A stretch of 64,000 bases of DNA, taken from positions 1 through 64,000 of the forward strand of contig JAZQAZ010000034.1 of the NCBI GenBank assembly GCA_045545475.1, in the 5' to 3' direction. Below the pieces are notes generated by a model. It had not been told where the DNA came from. It did not search any database and saw only the letters and a program-made list of their open reading frames with translations. Numbering within the stretch: the first letter of the stretch is position 1; the number at the start of each line of letters is the position of its first letter. The position numbers were made by a program, and so were the translations under genes. This DNA comes from Clostridia bacterium (lineage in GTDB: Bacteria; Bacillota; Clostridia; CAKSNL01; HGM11501). Below, one piece after another: positions 1 through 9,410 of this stretch.

Positions 1-165
1 AAACTGCGAATGCACCACAAAATTCTCGATTTTGAGTGCAGGACACGGAAAAAAGCCGAAGGAATCCTTGACGGATTGCAAGGCTTTTTGACACAGTAAT
101 GTGCCAAAATCGTGGATTTTGGGCGATTTATCCCTAAGAAGTACCGCCGAAAGCGAGTGCTTTTT
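1..165. repeat. Structured intergenic repeat element (REP/MITE-like), possibly truncated by the window edge
   Basis: Nested inverted repeats (aaaattctcgattttg / caaaatcgtggattttg; aatcc-ttgac-ggatt). The reverse strand carries the CCTYRA-hairpin-CCTTCGG core also seen near 10345, 24575 and 54955. Confidence 0.55.
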
Positions 166-174
166 CATTTTGCA

Positions 175-203
175 TTGACAAACTAGAGCGGTGAGCATAT
201 ACT
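175..203 (+). promoter_or_regulatory. Sigma-A type promoter
   Basis: TTGACA-17 nt-TATACT directly upstream of the 221 ORF. Confidence 0.75.
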
Positions 204-220
204 TATAGGCAAGAGAAAGG

Positions 221-1402
221 ATGATGAATGTGGAAAAAATAATCCCTTACAAAAATAATTTGTGTCCTGTAAAAATCATTTCTCCGAAAACAGATAAAAG
301 CTGTTTCTTCGGCTATTATGACTTAAAAGCCTATGATGAAACTGACCGCTATCACCTTTGCAACATTGCGGAATTTGAAGACCGCCTTCCTTGTCCGGAT
401 GACGTTTTACAGCTTGGTGTAATTGACCTTGATAACGGCAACTTTGAAAAAATTGCAGAAACAAAGTCCTGGAACTTTCAGCAAGGTGCAATGCTTCAGT
501 GGTCAAGATGTGAAAAAGACGTGGTTTTCTATAATATCTTTGAAAACGGCGAGTACTTAACCGTTAAAAAGAATATAAAAACAGGCTCTGTAAATTATTT
601 TCCTGCATGTGCCAATATTTCTCGTGATGGAAAGTACGGCTTAAAGGTTAACTTTACAAGAATTTTCGATTTCCGCCCCGGCTATGGCTATTGCAACACA
701 AAGGACCCTTATTTCGATGTTCTCCAGCCGGAAAATGACGGTGTATTTTTAGTTGACATTGAAAAGGGCACGGAAAAGCTCATCTTAACTTATCCTGACA
801 TGGTTAAAGCTATCGGTGTATCCGGCCTTGAAGGAGACAAGTTTGTGGTAAACCATATCACCTTCAATCCTAAGGGCGACAGATTTATGCTGCTTCTCCG
901 TAACTTCCCCGAGGAAGGCAAAACCTGGGGTACGGCACTTATAATTTCCGACCTTGAAGGAAACATGAAGTCCATGATGGGACTTTCCATGTACTCTCAC
1001 TATGACTGGCTTTCTGACTATGACCTTTTCGGCTTTTGCAAGCATGACGATGTCCACGATTTATTCAACGTAAACATAAATACGGAAGAATGGACAAGAA
1101 TTGAAAACCACACCCTTACAAACCGTGACAGCCATTGCTGGTTTACTAAGGATAAATCCATGTTTATCGGCGATACCTATCCTGACAGAGAAGGCTACCG
1201 CCAGATTTACCTTTACGATATGAAGAAAGCCGAATACAAAAAGCTTATTGATGCATATTCCCCCTGGCATCCAAGTAAAATTACCGACATCAGAACTGAT
1301 TTACATAACCGCTTTAACACCAAGGAAAACAAAATTTCCTACGATACGGTGCAAAACGGCAAGAGAGAAATTGCCGAGCTTGATTTTTCTGTTATGAGAT
1401 AA
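221..1402 (+). CDS. Beta-propeller protein, oligogalacturonate-lyase/TolB-like, cytoplasmic
   Basis: 393 aa; FFGYYD, WNFQQGAMLQW, VNHITFNP, DLHNRF motifs typical of this propeller family; no signal peptide. Confidence 0.6.
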   Translation: MMNVEKIIPYKNNLCPVKIISPKTDKSCFFGYYDLKAYDETDRYHLCNIAEFEDRLPCPDDVLQLGVIDLDNGNFEKIAETKSWNFQQGAMLQWSRCEKDVVFYNIFENGEYLTVKKNIKTGSVNYFPACANISRDGKYGLKVNFTRIFDFRPGYGYCNTKDPYFDVLQPENDGVFLVDIEKGTEKLILTYPDMVKAIGVSGLEGDKFVVNHITFNPKGDRFMLLLRNFPEEGKTWGTALIISDLEGNMKSMMGLSMYSHYDWLSDYDLFGFCKHDDVHDLFNVNINTEEWTRIENHTLTNRDSHCWFTKDKSMFIGDTYPDREGYRQIYLYDMKKAEYKKLIDAYSPWHPSKITDIRTDLHNRFNTKENKISYDTVQNGKREIAELDFSVMR

Positions 1403-1404
1403 GA

Positions 1405-1433
1405 AAAAGAGCTGTGAAATTCACAGCTCTTTT
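1405..1433. terminator. Bidirectional intrinsic terminator
   Basis: aaaagagctgtgaa-attcacagctctttt hairpin between convergent genes, overlapping the end of the 1421 ORF. Confidence 0.8.
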
Positions 1434-2536
1434 ATTTCGTCTAAAGTTACCTCTCTGCCAAGTTCAGCACTCTTGTAGAAGCAGTCAATCAGTGCTGCAG
1501 TATTTATGGTTTCTTCCGGCTTTATCATTATTTCTTCCTTGCCGGAAAGTACCTTTGCCATATGGTCTGCAAGATAGAAGTGGCCGGGGAAGGTTTCGTT
1601 TTCGTATTTCTGTTTATCGGGCATAAGCGAATTTAACTTATCCACCGCTTCGCCTCTGCCGTAAAACTTAAAGTTGGGGAGGGATAACCCTGCTTTATCG
1701 CCTGCCAGAGTAAAGCTTGATGCTTCCGGCAGGTTTGCCGCCCAGGCAACCTTAAAGTTTGCCCTTGCACCGTCACGGAATGCCACGCTTCCGGAGGCAA
1801 AATCCTCCACATTGAATTCTTCCTTCTTAAGCTCCCTTACCTTGTCAACTCCGCCAAGGGCGCCTGATTCCTTTTCGCCTCCCTCATAGTCGTCGGAAAG
1901 TGCAAGACGTGTAGCCGAGGTGCCGGAAACAGATTTTACTTCGGGATTTCCCATAAGCCAGAGAAGTGAGTCTATCATATGAACACCAATGTCTAAAAAT
2001 GCACCGCCGCCCGACTCTTCCTTTATGTGGAACTTTCCCCAGAAGGGAACGCCACGCTGTCTTATTCTCGAAAACTCGCCGTAGTAGACTTCGCCAAGTG
2101 CTCCTTCGTCAATAAGCCTTTTTGCCGTAAGCCTTTCGGGCAAAAATCGCATAGACTGGCAGGCAACAAGATGCTTTTCCGCCTTTCTTGCGGCATCGTA
2201 CATTTCCACGGCATCCTTATATTTATAAGCAAGTGGCTTTTCGCATATAACATGAGCACCCTTTGAAAGTGCCAAAAGCGTATATTCCTTATGAAAGCGA
2301 TTGGGTACGCATACCGAAACAAGGTCGGGTTTTTCCTTCTCCAACATTTCCTCTGCATCACGGTAGCAGGCCTCCAAAGAAAAACGCTCCTTTGTTTCCT
2401 TCGCCGCTTCGAAATTCAAGTCCGAAACCGCAGTGACAGTATAACAGTCGCTTCTGTTTAAATAGGCGGGGATGTGTGCCTTGTTTGTAATCATCCCGGC
2501 ACTTATTATCGAGACCTTAATTTTTTCCATTTTCAC
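1421..2536 (-). CDS. Gfo/Idh/MocA family NAD(P)-dependent oxidoreductase
   Basis: N-terminal Rossmann-like SAGMI, CEKP motif, GGGAFLDIGVHMID. Confidence 0.9.
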   Translation of the reverse strand: MKMEKIKVSIISAGMITNKAHIPAYLNRSDCYTVTAVSDLNFEAAKETKERFSLEACYRDAEEMLEKEKPDLVSVCVPNRFHKEYTLLALSKGAHVICEKPLAYKYKDAVEMYDAARKAEKHLVACQSMRFLPERLTAKRLIDEGALGEVYYGEFSRIRQRGVPFWGKFHIKEESGGGAFLDIGVHMIDSLLWLMGNPEVKSVSGTSATRLALSDDYEGGEKESGALGGVDKVRELKKEEFNVEDFASGSVAFRDGARANFKVAWAANLPEASSFTLAGDKAGLSLPNFKFYGRGEAVDKLNSLMPDKQKYENETFPGHFYLADHMAKVLSGKEEIMIKPEETINTAALIDCFYKSAELGREVTLDEIKEL

Positions 2537-3309
2537 ACTTCCTTTGTAAAGTCAAGGGTTTCTTCATCTGGCTTTGTAGCTCTGTATTCAAGGCCGACGT
2601 AATCTGAGTAGGGGAGTGACGCTATTTTTGAAAGAACATTTTTATAATTTATCTCTCCTGTGCCCGGCTCGTGTCTTCCGGGATTATCAGCCACATGAAA
2701 GTGTCCGATTAAATCAATGTTTTCTTCAATTCTTTCTATCACGTTACCTTCGGTTTTCTGCTGATGGTAAATATCAAAAAGAGCCTTTACGTTTTTGCTT
2801 CCCACACCTCTTAATATTTCAAAAAGTCTTCCCGAGTCAGGCATAAAGTAGTTTTTGCGGTCATAGGCGTTAAGCGGCTCAACTACAAGGTGAACGCCCT
2901 CATCTTCTGCCACCTTTGCTCCCTCTTTAAGGCAAGAAAATACATTTTCTTCCTGACGGGCAACTTCCATCCCTTCAATGGTTTCACCGATTAATACGAT
3001 GAGCTTAGGATTTTTAAGCTTTCGCACCACGGGTGCAGATTCCTTTATGGCAGCACATAGTTCATCGCTTCTTCCTGCATTTAATATGCCTCTTGATAAA
3101 TCGTAAGACAGTTTTTCATCCGTAACATCAATATTCATAACCGAAAGGGCTAAATCGTACTCCGTAAGAAGACTTTTAACCTTATCTATATCCTTAGGCG
3201 ACCATTTCCAGAACTCAACGGCGGAAAGTCCGGCCTTTTTAACCGCAGAAAAACGGTCATAAAAGTCCAGATGGGAAAACATCATATCAATACAGCAGGA
3301 AAATTTCAT
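2533..3309 (-). CDS. Hydroxypyruvate-isomerase-like TIM-barrel (xylose isomerase-like/AP endonuclease 2 superfamily)
   Basis: EPLN, DIYHQQKTEGN, GHFHVADNPGRHEPGTGEINY, GLEY motifs; start moved to ATG 3309 behind a GAGGTG RBS. Confidence 0.85.
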   Translation of the reverse strand: MKFSCCIDMMFSHLDFYDRFSAVKKAGLSAVEFWKWSPKDIDKVKSLLTEYDLALSVMNIDVTDEKLSYDLSRGILNAGRSDELCAAIKESAPVVRKLKNPKLIVLIGETIEGMEVARQEENVFSCLKEGAKVAEDEGVHLVVEPLNAYDRKNYFMPDSGRLFEILRGVGSKNVKALFDIYHQQKTEGNVIERIEENIDLIGHFHVADNPGRHEPGTGEINYKNVLSKIASLPYSDYVGLEYRATKPDEETLDFTKEV

Positions 3310-3401
3310 AAAAAAACACCTCAGTATCATTTTATAATACCGAGGTGGAAAAATCTATGTATAAAACGCTAAATTGTTTGTACAAAACAATCATTTTGAG
3401 C

Positions 3402-4220
3402 TTATTTTTTCAAATCCGAGGGGTTAAATCCCATGGATTTTTTGAACAACTTCGAAAAATAGGCAATATCCGGGATATTTACAAGCTCCGAGGCCTCTGT
3501 TACGGTACATTCACCGCTTTCGATAAGCTCATACGCCTTTTTTATCCTTAAATTATTTCTGTATTTTACGGGACTTTCTCCTTTATATTCCTTGAACAGT
3601 CTGCGGAAAGTGCCTTCACTGACGTGGCACATCTCTGCCAACTCCGACAAAGATATATCTTTTAAAAAATTATTTTCAAGGTGCATTATGCCCTTGTAAA
3701 TTGAACCGTATTTTGCCTTAAGTTCCGTTTTCATTTTGCCCACGGCAATACTTTTTATAAGCTCGTAAGCTTTTTCCTTTAAGCTTATCCTGTATCCCAG
3801 AGCACCGCTTTTTGATAATTCGTCCATATCGGAAAAGAGCCTTGTATAAAGGTTTTCGTTGTCTGATACCATCAAAACCACATCTTCTGAAAGGTTTACG
3901 GTTTCACCCTTTATCTCAATATTGAAAAGCAAAGATTTATAGCTTCCCGCATCTTCTGCTCGCCACTCAGAATAGTAGGATGAGTTGTTGGGGAGATAGA
4001 CAATATCGCCCGCCGAGGCTTTTAGCTTAAGCTTTTTACGGTCGTCAAGGTCGAAAAACAGCATTTCACCCTTTTCTATACAGAAAAGCCTTGAATAAAG
4101 CTTGTCTCCGCTTTTACAGATGTAGGGAACAGGGGGAACGACTCGTTCTTCCTTTACAAGGAGTGCATTTCTTATATCAAAATCAAGTTCTAAAAGATTC
4201 GTTATATCCGTAATTTTCAA
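3402..4220 (-). CDS. AraC family transcriptional regulator
   Basis: C-terminal double HTH (ELAEMCHVSEGTFRRLFK ... YFSKLFKKSMGFNPSD); TTG start. Confidence 0.9.
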   Translation of the reverse strand: MKITDITNLLELDFDIRNALLVKEERVVPPVPYICKSGDKLYSRLFCIEKGEMLFFDLDDRKKLKLKASAGDIVYLPNNSSYYSEWRAEDAGSYKSLLFNIEIKGETVNLSEDVVLMVSDNENLYTRLFSDMDELSKSGALGYRISLKEKAYELIKSIAVGKMKTELKAKYGSIYKGIMHLENNFLKDISLSELAEMCHVSEGTFRRLFKEYKGESPVKYRNNLRIKKAYELIESGECTVTEASELVNIPDIAYFSKLFKKSMGFNPSDLKK

Positions 4221-4373
4221 AAAAACACCTTCTTTAATATTAAAAATTCTGTTTTTATCCGTAAAATCCTTTTTATTTGTGCGAAAAATACAAATTTAAA
4301 TTCGTTTTATATATTGTAAAATTTAAAAAATGGGTTTATTATAAATTTGTACTAAACATGAAAGGGTGTTTTT

Positions 4374-5621
4374 ATGGGTATTAAAGTAGGCGTTGTCGGA
4401 ATAGGTACTTTTTCCGACGATTTTATAAGACTTTTCAAGATGCATCCCGATGTGGATGACGTTATTTTATGTGACCTTGTGGAAGAGCGTGTTAAAAAGA
4501 GTCTGGAGAAGCACTCCCTTACAAAATCCTATCCCGATTTTGACCAGATGCTGAAGGACGAAACCATCGACTCCGTTGCGGTATTCACTCAGCGTCACCT
4601 TCACGGCCCCATGGTTGTAAAGGCGTTAAAGGCAGGGAAGAACGTGTATTCCGCCGTTCCCATCGCCTGCGAAATTGACGAAATTAAAGAGGTTATCGAA
4701 ACCGTTAAGGAAACCCGCAAGATTTATATGATGGGCGAGACCTGCTACTATTATCCCTGTGCGATTTACTGCCGTAAAAAGTACAAGGAAGGCGGCTTTG
4801 GTAAGTTTGTGTACGGCGAAAGCCAGTATTACCACGATATTTCCGAGATGTATGCGGATTTCAAGCACTCCGCAGGAAGTGATGACTGGAGAAAGCCTGC
4901 GGGAATTCCGCCTATGTTTTATCCCACTCATTCCATTTCAATGCTTCTTTCCGCACTTCCCGAAGGTGAGCATATAACCAAGGTTTCCTGCTTCGGTTAT
5001 GAGGATCACCACGAGGATGCAATTTACGGCGAGGGCAAAAACTACTGGGACAACCCCTTCTCCAACGAAACAGCTCTTTTCAGGCTTTCGGGCGGCGGCG
5101 TTATCCGTATAAACGAATTCAGAAGAGTGGGAATTAACAAGCCTTCAAGCTATATCACCGCTTTTTACGGTCAGGAAGGCTCATACGAGTGTAGTGTTAC
5201 ACAGCACACCTTCCAGCGTGGTGCCGCAGCTCCCGACGGTCCGAGAATTGAGTATCTGGACGAAGTGGTAAACTGCTATAACTACATAGAGGACAAAAAG
5301 GCAGGCACCATGGATATGACCAAGGACCCCTGCTCTGTAAGATATATCTTAGGCTATGCGCCGGTTCACGATGTAGAAAGACTTCCCGAATGCTACCATG
5401 ACGAAAAGGCGTTTAACCACTTTAATTCCCATCCCTTCCTGGTTGACGACTTCGTAAGAGCTGTTGTAACAGGCAAGCTTCCTCCCAACAACGCCTGGGA
5501 TGCGGCACGTTATATGATTCCCGGCTTAGTTGCCCACGAATCAGCCTTAAAGGGCGGCGTTACCATGGATGTACCTGACTTCGGCGATGCACCTTCAGAC
5601 TGGAAAAGACTTTTTGACTGA
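4374..5621 (+). CDS. Gfo/Idh/MocA family oxidoreductase
   Basis: VGVVGIG Rossmann start, VYSAVP variant of the EKP motif, MMGETCYY, YPTHS; divergent from AraC. Confidence 0.85.
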   Translation: MGIKVGVVGIGTFSDDFIRLFKMHPDVDDVILCDLVEERVKKSLEKHSLTKSYPDFDQMLKDETIDSVAVFTQRHLHGPMVVKALKAGKNVYSAVPIACEIDEIKEVIETVKETRKIYMMGETCYYYPCAIYCRKKYKEGGFGKFVYGESQYYHDISEMYADFKHSAGSDDWRKPAGIPPMFYPTHSISMLLSALPEGEHITKVSCFGYEDHHEDAIYGEGKNYWDNPFSNETALFRLSGGGVIRINEFRRVGINKPSSYITAFYGQEGSYECSVTQHTFQRGAAAPDGPRIEYLDEVVNCYNYIEDKKAGTMDMTKDPCSVRYILGYAPVHDVERLPECYHDEKAFNHFNSHPFLVDDFVRAVVTGKLPPNNAWDAARYMIPGLVAHESALKGGVTMDVPDFGDAPSDWKRLFD

Positions 5622-5630
5622 TTTGAACAC

Positions 5631-5666
5631 AAAAAGAGCAAGGTTAAAAGCCCCTTGCTCTTTTTT
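5631..5666 (+). terminator. Intrinsic terminator
   Basis: aaaaagagcaagg...ccttgctctttttt hairpin with U-tract. Confidence 0.8.
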
Positions 5667-5712
5667 ATTAAGTTCAGCTAATGGAATTGTCGAATTGTTA
5701 AACCGACAAAAG

Positions 5713-5919
5713 TTATTCTTGTAGGTATTTTTTATGTGTTTCTCCAAAATTCATTTGCTGCTTCAATAAATTTAATGTTCTCTGAACCTTTTTAAGCGGT
5801 AAACCAGTAATTTCAGACAATTCTTCAGCGGTCAGCCATTTATCTGACTCCTGCAACACTGTCAATACTTTTTCGTCATCTTTTTTAAGCCAAGTTGAAC
5901 ATTTCATTTTTAATTCCAT
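5713..5919 (-). CDS. Small winged-helix/HTH protein
   Basis: KVLTVLQESDKWLTAEELSEITGLPLKKVQRTLNLL is HTH-like; start chosen at ATG 5919 behind GGGGTG. Confidence 0.55.
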   Translation of the reverse strand: MELKMKCSTWLKKDDEKVLTVLQESDKWLTAEELSEITGLPLKKVQRTLNLLKQQMNFGETHKKYLQE

Positions 5920-6040
5920 ATTCAGTTTCACCCCAATTTAAAATTCTTATTTGTTAACCGTTTAATTATTTATATAAAGTGGAAATTCATTTCCCCCTGT
6001 ATTATATCATACTTTTTCTCTTTTGTCACGATGAAGATAT

Positions 6041-6246
6041 AAAATACCTCTGAAACGCTCTTCTCTCAGACAAATAAGTCATAAATAGTGAAAATGCGCC
6101 TCCAACCAGGGGGATTCAGGCAAATACTCTGTGCATGGCAAAAATAATACGGCTCCGAACCAGATTTCTTCGGCAATAAGCCGTAAATGGTGAAAATACG
6201 GCTCCAACCAGGTTTCTCCGGCAGACATTCCCTTGTTTCGCAGTTT
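6041..6246. repeat. Degenerate tandem array of about four 51-bp units with internal hairpins
   Basis: AATRCGSCTCC(G)AACCAG recurs at about 6093, 6146 and 6195; 6073-6110 and 6175-6212 are near-identical; AGCCGTA...TACGGCT hairpin. Confidence 0.7.
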
Positions 6247-6336
6247 TAAAAAAAGAAAACCTTTACTCCTACGCAGGCTTGTGAAATATTTAACAATCTC
6301 ATATAAGAAAGCGTTTTACGCTAGAAGAGATAAATT

Positions 6337-6369
6337 AAAAGCAGGGATTTTGATAAATCCCTGCTTTTT
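6337..6369. terminator. Intrinsic terminator downstream of upp
   Basis: aaaagcagggattt-tgat-aaatccctgctttt. Confidence 0.75.
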
Positions 6370-6504
6370 CGTACATTATCAGCGGAAAATAGCCTGCTCA
6401 TCAGGAAAAAATACCGCTTGTTAGCCGATGGCGTAGAACTCAATAAAGCGATACTCTTAGGAATAACTCTCCCAAAACCGATTTTCCTTAAAGCTTACCT
6501 ATTA

Positions 6505-7131
6505 TTATAATGTTCCGAACAGTCTGTCGCCGGCATCACCTAAACCGGGAACGATATAGCAATGGTCGTTAAGCTTTTCATCCAGGCAGCCGATAAAGAT
6601 ATCAACATCCGGATGAGCCTCTGTAAGCACTTTTACGCCTTCGGGTGCTGCAATTAAGCACATAAACTTAATGTTTTTAGCACCTTTTTCCTTTAAGAAA
6701 TCAATTGCCGCAGCTGCACTACCGCCTGTTGCAAGCATGGGGTCAACAACGATTGAAGTTCTCTCTTCGATTTCCTTTGGAAGCTTGCAGTAATATTCGA
6801 CAGGCTTATGGGTTTCGGGGTCTCTGTAAAGACCGATATGGCCAACCTTTGCGGAAGGGAAGAGGCTGAGCATTGCATCAACCATGCCAAGACCTGCTCT
6901 GAGGATGGGAATAACCGCAATATCCTTGGTTACTTCTTTTCCCATGGTTTTTGTTAAAGGAGTTTCAACCTCTACATCTTTTAATGTAAGGTCTCTTGTC
7001 GCTTCATAGCCCATTAAAAGAGCGATTTCGTTAGCAAGTAAACGGAATTCCTTTACAGGAGTTTCCTTATTTCTTAAAATTGTGATTTTGTGCTGAATAA
7101 GCGGATGATCCATTACAACTACTTTACTCAT
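6505..7131 (-). CDS. upp: Uracil phosphoribosyltransferase
   Basis: [41 protein letters not shown]; start set at MSKVVV. Confidence 0.97.
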   Translation of the reverse strand: MSKVVVMDHPLIQHKITILRNKETPVKEFRLLANEIALLMGYEATRDLTLKDVEVETPLTKTMGKEVTKDIAVIPILRAGLGMVDAMLSLFPSAKVGHIGLYRDPETHKPVEYYCKLPKEIEERTSIVVDPMLATGGSAAAAIDFLKEKGAKNIKFMCLIAAPEGVKVLTEAHPDVDIFIGCLDEKLNDHCYIVPGLGDAGDRLFGTL

Positions 7132-7156
7132 TTTTATTTTCCTTTCTTTTTTAATT

Positions 7157-8512
7157 TTATCCTGCATAATGAAGACCTTCAAGGTAATAGTAGATAGGTT
7201 CGCCACCTAAAAGACCGTCATTTTGTACATATATCCAACCGGAATCTCCGCTTCCGGTTTCGATGTAAAGCCAGTTTTTAAGGTCTGTCTTCACAATCTT
7301 TCCCGCATAGCCTTCATTTAATACTATTCCCGGGTGATTTGCATCCTCATAGTCTGTATTTAAGGTATGTGCCACAACAAAATCGGAATAGGCTCCGATT
7401 GTATAAAACTCATTTGATACGGGTTCAAGACGGCCTTTATCGTTTATCTTATACTGCTTTCTGAGAAGCATCGTATGCACGAACTGTTCACCGATGTTGC
7501 CGGTAAGCGTTCCGTCTGCATTTACGCTGATTGCACCCCACTCATCACCGATTGGTGTTGAGTCTGTTCTTAATGTAAGGCCGCCTACGCTTTCGATATA
7601 TCCCATGAGATAAAGCTCTTTTCCGGTATATCTGTAAATTGCTAAAGCACCAGAGCCGTAAAAGCTTTCTGACACAGCCAATTCCATAAATCCGTCATTC
7701 TTATCTATGTCTATAAGATAATATCTGTTGTCGGATACCGTGGAAATTCCGCCTATTACAGTGGAATCTCCGATTGTCACGGCATATTTTTCACCGTCAG
7801 AAAATATTTTCACAGATTCAGGCTGTGAGTCAAGATTAAAATCCTTCTCTATGCTTTTCACTTCTTCGGGGAGTGTGGAAAGCACAGCCTTGTCGTTAAA
7901 ATCCTCGGCTCTTTTAAGCATTACCGCCGCCTGTGCACGTGTAAGTCCCTGTCCGGGACCAAAGGATCCGTCGGGAAAGCCTGAAATAAGGCCGTTTTCA
8001 TAGGCCGCACCCACAAGACCGGGTTTTCCGATAAGTTCCGTATCCGTAAAGGTGCAGTTTCCTTCGCTCAGATTAAGTGCTCTGGCAATCCATACTGCGG
8101 CTTCTTCTCTTGTTATGTCTTTAACAGGTTCAAACTTTTCGCCATATTCTTCGCTTAAAATGATATTTCCCACTGCTTCTCTTATGTAAAAGTATGACCA
8201 GCGGCCTGTGTCTACATCCGCAAAGGGGGATTTTTCATACAAAAGTTCACTTATATTGGGTTTTTCATAAGCTAATCTTTCGTTTGCACTGTCGGATGTA
8301 ACAATCATGAGCATTTTTAAAAACTGTTCCCTTGTCACAAACTCGTCAGGAACAAAGTTTCCGTCGCCCATTCCGTTAATAACGCCTTCCATGGCAAGAA
8401 ATTCAATATCTGCCGCTGCCCAGTGTCCTTCCGTATCGGAAAACATTGCCCCATGGCAAACCGTTCCCGAAAGGAGAAGAAACACCATCAAAAAAACAAT
8501 TAATTTTTTCAT
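7157..8512 (-). CDS. Secreted S-layer homology (SLH) domain protein with unknown C-terminal domain
   Basis: Signal peptide; three SLH repeats (FSDTEGHWA...TREQF, ITREEAA, LTRAQAA). Confidence 0.85.
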   Translation of the reverse strand: MKKLIVFLMVFLLLSGTVCHGAMFSDTEGHWAAADIEFLAMEGVINGMGDGNFVPDEFVTREQFLKMLMIVTSDSANERLAYEKPNISELLYEKSPFADVDTGRWSYFYIREAVGNIILSEEYGEKFEPVKDITREEAAVWIARALNLSEGNCTFTDTELIGKPGLVGAAYENGLISGFPDGSFGPGQGLTRAQAAVMLKRAEDFNDKAVLSTLPEEVKSIEKDFNLDSQPESVKIFSDGEKYAVTIGDSTVIGGISTVSDNRYYLIDIDKNDGFMELAVSESFYGSGALAIYRYTGKELYLMGYIESVGGLTLRTDSTPIGDEWGAISVNADGTLTGNIGEQFVHTMLLRKQYKINDKGRLEPVSNEFYTIGAYSDFVVAHTLNTDYEDANHPGIVLNEGYAGKIVKTDLKNWLYIETGSGDSGWIYVQNDGLLGGEPIYYYLEGLHYAG

Positions 8513-8524
8513 GATTTACCTCTT

Positions 8525-9400
8525 TCAGCCTTTATATTTCTTAAGATAAGAAATAATTGTTTCCAGCTGTTCTTTATCGTAATACTCGATTTCGATTTTT
8601 CCGCCCTTTTTCTTCTCATCAAGCAAAATTTTTGTTCCCCAGGCCTCGGACAAGCTCTTTTCAAGATCCATAACTTCGGGGGACTTTCTTTTTGCCTTCT
8701 TTTCTTTCTTTTCTTCTTTTTCTTCATTAATATAGGCCGCCCATTTTTCTGACATTCTTACGGACAGATCCTCGGAAACGATTTTTTCCGCCAGAAATTC
8801 ACGTTTTTTCTCGTCTTTCACCAATAAAATCGCTTTTGCGTGACCTCCGGTAAGGGCTTTTTCCTCCAGAAGCTTAATAATTTTGTCGGAAAGAGCCAAA
8901 AGTCTTAAAGCGTTTGCCACCGCACTTCTGCTTTTTCCCACTTTTTTGCTTACATCTTCCTGTGTAAGACCGAAATCCTCCATAAGCTTCTTATAACCCA
9001 GTGCCTCTTCAACAGGATTAAGGTCAGAACGCTGAAGATTTTCGATTAAAGCAACGGAAAGCTCTTCTTCAGGAGTAAATTCCACTATTCTTACCGGAAC
9101 TTCTGTAAGTCCAGCCATTTTAGCGGCTCTCCAGCGGCGTTCTCCTGCAATTATGGAATAAAATCCGTTTCCTTCGTCCTTTACGGTGATAGGCTGAATT
9201 ATCCCATACTCCTTAATGGATTCCGAAAGTGCCGAAAGTTCCTCTTCGTCAAAGGTTTTTCTCGGCTGTTTACGGTTAGGCTCCACATAAGAAAGCTTAA
9301 CCTTTACAAATTCTTTATTACCGTCGCTCACTGCGACTTCTTTTTCTTCTTCAAGAGGAATAAGGGCATCAAGTCCTCTTCCAAGTCCCTTTTTTGCCAT
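8525..9400 (-). CDS. parB: Chromosome partitioning protein ParB/Spo0J
   Basis: GLGRGLDAL N-terminus, IIAGERRWRAA, ENLQRSDLNPVEEA, HTH. Confidence 0.96.
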   Translation of the reverse strand: MAKKGLGRGLDALIPLEEEKEVAVSDGNKEFVKVKLSYVEPNRKQPRKTFDEEELSALSESIKEYGIIQPITVKDEGNGFYSIIAGERRWRAAKMAGLTEVPVRIVEFTPEEELSVALIENLQRSDLNPVEEALGYKKLMEDFGLTQEDVSKKVGKSRSAVANALRLLALSDKIIKLLEEKALTGGHAKAILLVKDEKKREFLAEKIVSEDLSVRMSEKWAAYINEEKEEKKEKKAKRKSPEVMDLEKSLSEAWGTKILLDEKKKGGKIEIEYYDKEQLETIISYLKKYKG

Positions 9401-9410
9401 AAATTTGCTC

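Noticed and set aside
6041-6246. Possible CRISPR array
   Set aside because: Repeats are degenerate, the intervening sequences resemble one another, and no cas genes are present
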